A program made the position numbers and the translations under genes. From positions 1 through 60,102 of IMG/VR virus record IMGVR_UViG_3300032286_000443: 60,102 bases of DNA, one strand, 5' to 3'. This document shows positions 9,203 to 17,600 of the stretch, piece by piece (position 1 is the first letter of the stretch; each line of letters starts with the position of its first letter). Under the pieces are notes generated by a model, which was not told where the DNA came from, searched no databases, and saw nothing but the letters and a program-made list of their open reading frames with translations. Source of the DNA: a virus (lineage: Duplodnaviria > Caudoviricetes).

Positions 9203-10285
9203 CTATAATGATGGAACTATTATGTCGTAGGAAGTGCTGACTACCAGTGACGGAGTCAGTGTCAATCCCCCAGAGTGATTATAAGTCTGACTAAAAGTTG
9301 GGTAAAGGGTATTATCCAAGCCGCACATACTACTAAAACCGCCAGCGCCGTCGTACTGGTCAGACCAAAGACCTCCAATCCAACTATTAGCATAACGACT
9401 GTCAGTTTTGCAATAATTAACAGAATCAGACAGAAGATCCAACTCTGGAACCATACCTATACTTATAAATCGATCAGCCTGTTGTTGTGCTGTGGTTCGG
9501 CCCGGAATGTCAATATTGAAAATATTGTTATTACGCCAACCATCAATTTGAGCAGGAGGTCCAGCATTAGTTAACCCTACCAAATACTCACCAGTGGATA
9601 TTCTGCTTCTAGTGGATTTTACAAACTGAGTTTTACCCGCCACTGGTTCATAATACGCAGTTGTCAATCTAGCAGTATCCACACCTCTAAAGGCTATAGA
9701 ATATACGTGTCTGGTAGAAGTGCCGGTGCCTCTAGGACCGTATTGAGTATTAACGGTGTACATGCCGGTTTCAGTTACTTGGATTATTTTCAAGGCTAAG
9801 AAACTTCTATATGTTCCCAGCACTGCTGTCTGTCCTGTGACCACACTAGCCCAATCGCCTGCTGCAAAATTACTTGGAGACCATTGATTTTGTCGTGCAT
9901 TTAATATTGCTGCCTCCTGATAGCTAGCAACTGTTTGAGAGCCAGTTCTTACGTTGGATATATAAGGTTGCCACGCACTTCCCCTGCCTTGGTTTGTCAA
10001 AGTAGTGGCTGCTGTGCTACCGGTGGTGCTTCCTATGTAGCCTTCACAGCCTATGATATACACCACATCTCCGGCTTTTAAATACATCGGTGGAGACGTT
10101 AGCCCTGTAGAACTGAGGACTGTTGCACCGTTCACGCTGCATTCATAATAGCCCACTACCTGTAGTGTAGCAGCGTTGGGAATAGGAATTTGATCTGGTC
10201 TAAGCAACATTCCAATTTTTTGTATTCCTAAATTGGCATTGTATCGGTTTGACCGTCTGGAACTCAGTCCTATAAAACCATCCAT
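9203..10285 (-). CDS. Putative virion/fibre accessory protein
   Basis: 360 aa, G/S/T-rich beta-type composition, GGAGG RBS, within fibre operon. Confidence 0.55.
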   Translation of the reverse strand: MDGFIGLSSRRSNRYNANLGIQKIGMLLRPDQIPIPNAATLQVVGYYECSVNGATVLSSTGLTSPPMYLKAGDVVYIIGCEGYIGSTTGSTAATTLTNQGRGSAWQPYISNVRTGSQTVASYQEAAILNARQNQWSPSNFAAGDWASVVTGQTAVLGTYRSFLALKIIQVTETGMYTVNTQYGPRGTGTSTRHVYSIAFRGVDTARLTTAYYEPVAGKTQFVKSTRSRISTGEYLVGLTNAGPPAQIDGWRNNNIFNIDIPGRTTAQQQADRFISIGMVPELDLLSDSVNYCKTDSRYANSWIGGLWSDQYDGAGGFSSMCGLDNTLYPTFSQTYNHSGGLTLTPSLVVSTSYDIIVPSL

Positions 10286-10297
10286 GGATGCCTCCTA

Positions 10298-11347
10298 TTA
10301 ATATGGTATTTCAATTAGAATACCTCCAACGTTGTCAAAGAATCCTGTGATAGCAGGGAATGTTCGATTACTAAAATTGTGTCTCTGTAATCTATTATTA
10401 TAGATAGGGGAAGTGCTATACATCCTGGGAATATTGTCGCTGACCCACGAAACATTCCAAGTTTCGTATTGACTATTGTCACTGGCCCAATTACTATGCG
10501 TTCCACTGCCGCCGTTGGAGAAATCGTTAGGTATTACATATCCAATTGCATCTGGATAAGCATCCGGAGGGCTGCTGGTTGTGATAATTTGTGTATATAC
10601 AAAATTTAAATACAGTGTATTATATTTTCCAAAATCTTGTAAGGTGGTCTTTTGTGCGATTTCGTTGGTATCAGCATCACTCCAACTGCCTGTTATGTTA
10701 AGATTTAAGGTCGGGCTACTGGCTGTGGGCACGCCTCTTAAAACATAAACAGTGCCGTCGGTTATATTTTGAACACTGGTAGATGAGCCCATAGCGGCAT
10801 TGGCTAGTACATCGCTGCGGGTGATGAAGGGATACTCGTTCAACAATTGGTCATCTGTGGCATTTTGTGGTATTCGAATCCAGTGAGCAGAAAGACTTGA
10901 TCCCGAGGCTACGCTAAATGCGCCGAAAGTACTCCAGTACGCTAGTTTGTTCTTTGTCGATACATTACTGCCAGTTTGGGGAACATGAAACGCACCGCGG
11001 GCAGAATGCATTATTAATATCATAAGGTCCCCTCGCTTTAATTGTGTTCCAGTAACGTCTTGAGATAAACTATTGAATAACGGCACATAATTAGTGCCAG
11101 GCCATCCTACCCAGAGTGATCGATCGGTGCTGTCAAAGTAATATGCGTTTATATAATTGTTAGTCCGAGAAACTAACTGAGGAGAGTTTATTATGGTATC
11201 TCGACCGCCGGCCAAGTTGTAGTGAGATTTTAAATTCATCATACCACTTAAATTGTTAGTGGAATTCAAAGCACCTGGTGTAAAATGATGCTGTTCGCTT
11301 ACACCCATTTTGCCAAGTGTTAAAGAATTATGATATCTATTAAACAT
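10298..11347 (-). CDS. Putative virion/fibre accessory protein
   Basis: 349 aa, N/S/T-rich; LKRGDLMILI motif parallels LKAGDVVYII of the neighbour. Confidence 0.55.
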   Translation of the reverse strand: MFNRYHNSLTLGKMGVSEQHHFTPGALNSTNNLSGMMNLKSHYNLAGGRDTIINSPQLVSRTNNYINAYYFDSTDRSLWVGWPGTNYVPLFNSLSQDVTGTQLKRGDLMILIMHSARGAFHVPQTGSNVSTKNKLAYWSTFGAFSVASGSSLSAHWIRIPQNATDDQLLNEYPFITRSDVLANAAMGSSTSVQNITDGTVYVLRGVPTASSPTLNLNITGSWSDADTNEIAQKTTLQDFGKYNTLYLNFVYTQIITTSSPPDAYPDAIGYVIPNDFSNGGSGTHSNWASDNSQYETWNVSWVSDNIPRMYSTSPIYNNRLQRHNFSNRTFPAITGFFDNVGGILIEIPY

Positions 11348-11357
11348 AACTATGCAA

Positions 11358-11708
11358 TTAATCAGTAGTAGTTATTTCTTCGTAGGAAACCACAGCACTA
11401 CAGCCAGTTCCGCTTACGGTTAGCACACTGTTATTTGACACCGCATACTGCAAATAAATGCCAGTATCTTTTGATAGGGCTACCAGTGTTGCATTGGCAG
11501 GCACTGTTATACTGTTGGCAATATAGCCAGTGACGCCGCTTATTGCAACACTAACACTGGCTGTGCCGCCGGTAGCGTCGCCAGCTATGACAATGCTGTT
11601 AACTTTGATAACCATGAGAGCCGAACTAGGCGACAGTGTTAAGTTAGAGGCCAGGGTTGACGCTGTTGTTTTTCCTTGAATATTACTTACATTTACAATA
11701 TTAGGCAT
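11358..11708 (-). CDS. Small beta-sandwich structural protein
   Basis: MPNIVNV...ITVPANATL...VVSYEEI pattern typical of fibre-associated proteins. Confidence 0.6.
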   Translation of the reverse strand: MPNIVNVSNIQGKTTASTLASNLTLSPSSALMVIKVNSIVIAGDATGGTASVSVAISGVTGYIANSITVPANATLVALSKDTGIYLQYAVSNNSVLTVSGTGCSAVVSYEEITTTD

Positions 11709-11717
11709 TTTTATTCC

Positions 11718-13175
11718 TTATCCAAATACTATTGTCATTGCAATAGCTTTTCCTATACTAATTCCTTCGCCGCCGCCGCCACCGGAGCCTGCACTACCAG
11801 TATAGCCGGTAATACCTAGTCCAACTGAACCAGTATAGCCAAGACTACCAGTATAGCCAAGACTACCAGTATAGCCTACACTTCCAATATAGCCTACACT
11901 TCCAGTATAGCCAAGACTACCAATATAGCCAAGACTACCAGTATAGCCAAGACTACCAGTATAGCCAAGACTACCAGTATAGCCAAGACTACCAGTATAG
12001 CCAAGACTACCAGTATAGCCTACACTTCCAGTATAGCCTACACTTCCAGTATAGCCAAGACTACCTAGTCCAACTGAACCAGTATAGCCTACACTTCCAG
12101 TGTAACCTTGATCTCCGTTAGCACCTTGTGGAATTGTAAAGTTTAATACTGCTGCACTAGCGGTGCCTGTATTGGTCACATTTACATTAGAACCAGCAGC
12201 TCCGGTTGTTACATTACCAATTACTATCGTGCCTGCTGGTCCTTGATCTCCTGCATCGCCCGTTCTTGCAAAAGTAACAATAACTGTAGAACTATTAGCA
12301 ATTGACAACGATCCTGACAGATATGCAATAGGCACAATGAAATGGTTTTCGGGGGGTCCTCCGGCTTCAACATGTGACCCAATAATAGAAAACATAGCTG
12401 AATTAGTTAAGTTTGTTTTTTCTGCTACTGTGAAATGTCCTTTGATAGCACTGGTTGAATCATCAATTGTTTGTAAGAAATTATAGATATACGCACCCAG
12501 TTTATCGTAGTAATTAATGTACAATTCTGTGACTGCTGAAAATGTTAGACTGTTAAATTCAATGGCGCCAGTTGGTGGCTCGGTGCTTGATATGTCAGTA
12601 TTGTAGGTAAATTCAAAGGCAGCACCACCAAAACCTCCATCTACGCCTTTACTACCATAATAACCAACTGACCCAGTGTAGCCAAAACTACCGGTGTATC
12701 CTATATCACCTACGCTACCATAATAACCAATTACGCCAAAACTACCGGTATAACCTTGTGGCCCCGATACCTCGCTTTGACTTCCTGTATATCCATGACT
12801 ACCAGTAAATCCTCCACTACCTATATAGCCTACTGATCCAGTGTAGCCAAGATTGCCTTGACTACCTATATATCCAACACTACCAGTAAATCCTCCACTA
12901 CCTATATAGCCTACTGATCCGGTATATCCTCTACTACCAGTAAATCCAATTGATCCATTGTAGCCAAGATTGCCTTGACTACCTATATATCCAACACTAC
13001 CCCAATAACCCGCTCCGCCGCCGCCTGTAGTAATCGCAATACCACCAGGTGTCTCGCCGTCGGACAAGCGAAGTTCACCAGTATCTTCGTCATAGAAGAT
13101 CTGTCCGTTATTTCCTATGTAATCATCAACACCGGTTGTTAGTACTCTGCCGGATTTTATCTTTTGTACAGGCAT
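11718..13175 (-). CDS. Collagen-like fibre protein
   Basis: N-terminal GQIFYDEDTGELRLSDGETPGG fibre-anchor motif, two long G-X-Y (GYTGSx) tracts, C-terminal KAIAMTIVFG. Confidence 0.85.
   Translation of the reverse strand: MPVQKIKSGRVLTTGVDDYIGNNGQIFYDEDTGELRLSDGETPGGIAITTGGGGAGYWGSVGYIGSQGNLGYNGSIGFTGSRGYTGSVGYIGSGGFTGSVGYIGSQGNLGYTGSVGYIGSGGFTGSHGYTGSQSEVSGPQGYTGSFGVIGYYGSVGDIGYTGSFGYTGSVGYYGSKGVDGGFGGAAFEFTYNTDISSTEPPTGAIEFNSLTFSAVTELYINYYDKLGAYIYNFLQTIDDSTSAIKGHFTVAEKTNLTNSAMFSIIGSHVEAGGPPENHFIVPIAYLSGSLSIANSSTVIVTFARTGDAGDQGPAGTIVIGNVTTGAAGSNVNVTNTGTASAAVLNFTIPQGANGDQGYTGSVGYTGSVGLGSLGYTGSVGYTGSVGYTGSLGYTGSLGYTGSLGYTGSLGYTGSLGYIGSLGYTGSVGYIGSVGYTGSLGYTGSLGYTGSVGLGITGYTGSAGSGGGGGEGISIGKAIAMTIVFG
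11795..12105. repeat. 18-bp tandem repeat (CCAGTATAGCCAAGACTA and variants) encoding GYTGS(L/V)
   Basis: Near-identical tandem units; a more diverged tract lies at about 12660-13010. Confidence 0.9.
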
Positions 13176-13196
13176 GACAATATTTATTGTCAGCTA

Positions 13197-13484
13197 TTAT
13201 CTTGACATCAGTGCTCGTAACTGTTGAATAATGTCGTTTTGTTCAGGAGGTTCTTCTCCTACTGTTTCCTGGTCAGTTAATTTGTCAATAACTGGACTAT
13301 CTTTGCCTGCGGCAGCTTTGGCAAGTTCTAGTTCTTGCTGTTGCGGGCTAACCATTACAGGGTTTTGTTGTAATTCTGTATCGGGTTCAGAGGGTGTTTG
13401 CCCAGCAGCATTAATCACAGGATCTTCGTCACCATTAATAGAAATTGTGATTGGCACATTAATAGTGAATTCTTTTGCTCTCAT
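13197..13484 (-). CDS. Hypothetical acidic protein (candidate internal head protein)
   Basis: 95 aa, N-terminus MRAKEF. Confidence 0.6.
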   Translation of the reverse strand: MRAKEFTINVPITISINGDEDPVINAAGQTPSEPDTELQQNPVMVSPQQQELELAKAAAGKDSPVIDKLTDQETVGEEPPEQNDIIQQLRALMSR

Positions 13485-13534
13485 AGTGGTTTACTTCCTA
13501 GATATTTGGGATAGCGTTTGTTAAGGTTGTACAT
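13481..13534 (-). CDS. Micro-ORF (17 aa, MYNLNKRYPKYLGSKPL)
   Basis: AGGAG 6 nt before ATG; its TGA overlaps the next ATG (ATGA). Confidence 0.45.
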   Translation of the reverse strand: MYNLNKRYPKYLGSKPL

Positions 13535-13550
13535 AATAACTCCTGCAATC

Positions 13551-14096
13551 TCATATGCGTTGATTAATTATATTCCAGTCTATTATTTTCCACTGGTTAA
13601 GCAGATAAGCTTCTTTATCGCTTTGATAGTCTAAGGCCCATGCATGTTCCCACCAATCAATTATCAGCACAATGTCGTTTTTAATTTGATGATTTTTTAT
13701 GGTTTTTATCTTGCCATCACGAGCCAAGTACGCCCAGCCGCTGCCTTGTATGGCCATTGCTGCTTGCTTAAAATCTTCTTTAAACTTTTTGAAGTTATCA
13801 AAATGCTGATTGATAAATTCAAGACTAGCACCAGTTGGCTTATTAACAGCCACCGGAGTTTTAAATTGACTAAAATATTTCGAGTGTAGGAAGGCACCTG
13901 CTTGGTTAAATTCCACATCGCCTTCCTTCTTATTGAATCTATCACAATAAGCCTTGTATAGTTGACCATAATGATAGTTCATTGTCCCCTCGCCGACACT
14001 GGGGCCGAATGCAGTTAATTCATCCGCCAATTTGACACGTTCTAGAGTCGTTGGTTCAGTATTTTCTATTAGAGTTTTAAGAAATGAGTAAGACAT
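13551..14096 (-). CDS. sod: Fe/Mn superoxide dismutase
   Basis: TMNYHY, AFLHS, QGSGWAYL and DWWEHAW motifs supply the metal ligands. Confidence 0.9.
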   Translation of the reverse strand: MSYSFLKTLIENTEPTTLERVKLADELTAFGPSVGEGTMNYHYGQLYKAYCDRFNKKEGDVEFNQAGAFLHSKYFSQFKTPVAVNKPTGASLEFINQHFDNFKKFKEDFKQAAMAIQGSGWAYLARDGKIKTIKNHQIKNDIVLIIDWWEHAWALDYQSDKEAYLLNQWKIIDWNIINQRI

Positions 14097-14100
14097 GATA

Positions 14101-14526
14101 TTATGTCAGTATATCAGATTCTGCAATCAACGGCTTGACTACTAGATATTGTGGATAATTTTTATTAAAATGTCTCATTACTATGCCAGCAGTTGCGTTA
14201 GCTTCATTTTCGTGGGGGCTACCTGTTTTGCCGCTGTTGGCCTGTAATTGGTGTTCGGTATCTTGCTTGTAATGAGTTAGCTCGTGAGCAATAGTTCTCA
14301 GTATATCGTTTGGGTGACGATTGGCCAGTGTAACATACAGAGTTTTCTCATCATTTACATAGCGGCCAAATGTAGGCTGCTCGTCATCGTCAAGTTTGTG
14401 CAGAAACACCATCTTAGGCAAGCCTTTAAGGCCAATGTAGTGCATGGCCAAGGGAAGAAACTTCTTGAACATTTCTAAAAAAGTATCTTTCTGCTGGGAT
14501 TCGGATAAAAACTCGTTAGCTCGCAT
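14101..14526 (-). CDS. HExxH zinc metallopeptidase-like protein
   Basis: LRTIAHELTHYKQ plus downstream ENEANA; N-terminus MRANEFLSE. Confidence 0.7.
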   Translation of the reverse strand: MRANEFLSESQQKDTFLEMFKKFLPLAMHYIGLKGLPKMVFLHKLDDDEQPTFGRYVNDEKTLYVTLANRHPNDILRTIAHELTHYKQDTEHQLQANSGKTGSPHENEANATAGIVMRHFNKNYPQYLVVKPLIAESDILT

Positions 14527-14535
14527 GGTGTATTT

Positions 14536-14640
14536 AGTTGCCGCTTACTTTATACGGCGCTCACTACGCGGAGCAGTTCAATTGCGCGGACGCCTGGGCC
14601 TAAGCCCCCGTGACGACAACGGTCCCTAAGGTGGGTAACT
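14536..14640. ncRNA. Candidate structured RNA (unassigned family)
   Basis: GC-rich intergenic island with five short stems and possible pseudoknot pairings. Confidence 0.5.
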
Positions 14641-14644
14641 TTAT

Positions 14645-17600
14645 TTATTTGCGAGTAAAATGATAGTCGCCAGCGATATGATCTCCGCTGAATTTATCTC
14701 CAACTAGGTCAAATCCTATGCTTTCTAAATAATCAATAACTTCTTGCTTGAGAGGAGCACCTTTATTATATTCAACTTCTTGTATTTCTACAATAAGGTT
14801 AGCACAGTGCTTTAAAACTTGTTTAGCACCCTGTAGTACATCAACTTCTGCACCCTGTATGTCTAACTTAATCAAGTCTGGCATAGGAAATCCATTTTCT
14901 TTTACTACAGTATCTAATGTTTTAGCCAGTTTCTTAACTCGATGAGCATCGTCGTACAAGAATTGAGCGGCTGGACTGAACTCTACGTTTTCTCTATAGT
15001 AGCTGTTGCCTGCAGGATTTTCTTTATTCTCATAAAAATACAGTTCACGATGATCTTTATCACTTAGAAGATTAACTGCATATTTAACTCCAGCTTCTTC
15101 ATAGAGTGCAGCACACTCTACCATTCCGTCAAATGCAATGTAATCAGCATTACTCCAAACAATTTTTGCACTGTCATACCAATGTAATGTACTTGCACCA
15201 ATGTCGTAAACGACCTTAGGGTTGATACCTAGTGCATTCTTCATGTGAGATAGATATTGTCTATGGTCTTCTGGCATAGACACAGCATGTCGAATTTCTT
15301 TTAATCTCAACAGAATTTTGTCTACAGGATTTCTTGCTGGCATGTTCATATCTACTTTGAATGTCCAACTGCCTGTGTGATCACAGATTATATCGGTGTC
15401 GGCCCACATGGTGAATCCTCTATCACGTGCCTGATTGCAAAAGTGCACATCTTCACTAAGAGTATTAGAGTGATCAATAGCACTGTGATATAAGAAGTGA
15501 GGATAAGGAATAGCCTTATATACTTCTATTTTAACCAATACACAGCCAAATCCACATCCGTCAATAGGAACAAGTCCTTGACCTTTAATGTCTGACCAAT
15601 CAACATGAGTAACTCCGCCGTGTGCATTTTTACGCATTAACTCAATGCAATGTCTACCGGGAATACGCTGAATATAAACACCGCTAACGATATCTTTATT
15701 ATGCGACAACATCTTTGCCAGTGTGTCTGGTGCAAAACTAATATCACTGTCTACACTAAAGATATAATCATAGCCGTTTTGTATACCCCAATGTGCAATT
15801 AAGTTGCGAACTTGATCAACTTGATATCCCCAAAAGTATTGGAAATCAACAGTATAGCCATCTGGTATAATTAAATCATAGATACTCTTAAATGTAGTGG
15901 CTTCAATATTTCTATTGGTAGGAACTGCAATTAGTATTCGTTTTGGTTTGTTATATGAAGGTTGTGTCATTTCTACTACAGGGTTAAATGTTTTTAATTC
16001 AGCTATCTTGCCCACAATAGTTGCAATAGCTCGATCTTGTGCGTCTTTGTTTACTTTGTAATCATTAATAGGACTTATATCATTATAGTTGTAAACAATA
16101 TCTGAAACAACATAAACTTTATCCGACTCGCAGTTAGATAACGCACTATAGAATGTAGCATTATCGCCGCCTGCCTTAAACCAATTGCCCTCGCTATCCT
16201 GGAATTTATTATCAGGCTCGCCTTGTACTAATCTTGCTTTAAATGTACGCAGATGAGTGTAGGGCATATTCCAATTAAATCTATAATCTTTATAGGCCTT
16301 GACTGATTTAACTTCGGGAGGATAAGGTTGGCTTACCAAAGGAATGCTATCAACCATACTCCAGCATGAGCCATAGGTAAAGTCCGCATCACAGTGTACT
16401 CTATTGTAATAGGTCAATATGTCTGGTTGATTGACTAGACTGTCATCGCCGTCGAGCAGCATGATAATAGCATCAGGGTCTTGATCTCTAATTGTAGTAA
16501 TGTGATTATAGACTGCGCCACGATTTTCAGGGTTAGACACCAACATAAAGTGATCGCTTAGTCCGTTAGGTAAATTATCGATATATTTTTCAGCTACATC
16601 ATATCCGTCGTCTGTACTGGCATCGTCAATAAGAATATGCAGATAGTTGTCGTAGTCCTGTGCGGCTACGCTGGCAATACAACTTTCAATATAGTTTGCA
16701 GCGTTATAGAAAGGACTGATAATAACGATCTTTTGTTCAGGACGTTGCTTAGGAGCAAGCCATTCTTCTGGCGTACTATATCTGCGGCCAAATACCTTGT
16801 GATACTTGCTCTTGGTATAGTTTACCTGCTGTGCTTCTTCCTTGCTAAGGTACAGGCCAATCTTACTATAGATATGTTGCTTCCACTCTAGAGCGGTAAC
16901 GTCCCAACCTACTAGGTCTTTGATGTCGTTTAGAGCCAATTGTCTACGACGATATTCGTCTAGGTCGCCCGCTGCATCGACTACCATGTCTACAAACTTT
17001 TCTACTTGTAGCTGTGGATTGATATTTGGAAACAGTCCGTTAGGAGTAATAGCATAATCAATCAAATAGCTGTTATCAGTACTGGTTTCTTCCAGTGCAC
17101 CAAATCGGCAGGTCAACAACGGAGTATTAGCGTATAGTGCTTCTACAGTGCTGATACCGTAAGTTTCTGGCAAACTGGCAGGATAGATAAACCAACCTGC
17201 TTTTGCGCTCAGTTCTGCCACAGTCTTTTGTGGTACAATGCCCGTAAAGGTAATAGTAGGATCATCCATAGAAGGTCCTGCTATCTTCATAAACTCCGAT
17301 TCTTCATCAGCATGAGCAAAGGCAGCACCCAACTTGTAGTGCCCACCGATGACTGTTAAACGTGCATCGGGTAGTCTTTCTTTGACACGTGGCCACACAT
17401 CATTAAGCAATGGAGCAAGTCCTTTACTCATGTTGGCATTAAAGATGTACATGTTAAGATCTTTAGCATCAAGGTCAACTGAATCAAAGTATTTGACAAT
17501 GCCGTTACGAGTAGTCCACATGTGACGACGCAGTACTTCGTAGTTACGCATCTTGGGATGTGAACAGTTCATTACATACATAGCATGGAAGTCACTAAGT

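Noticed and set aside
14150-14158. Isolated perfect DnaA box
   Set aside because: Single copy inside a coding region; expected by chance.
14586-14640. ZTP (pfl) riboswitch suggested by CGCCTGGGC, CGTGAC and GGTGGG words
   Set aside because: Elements are in the wrong order, the GACTGGCG pseudoknot partner is missing, and no plus-strand gene follows.
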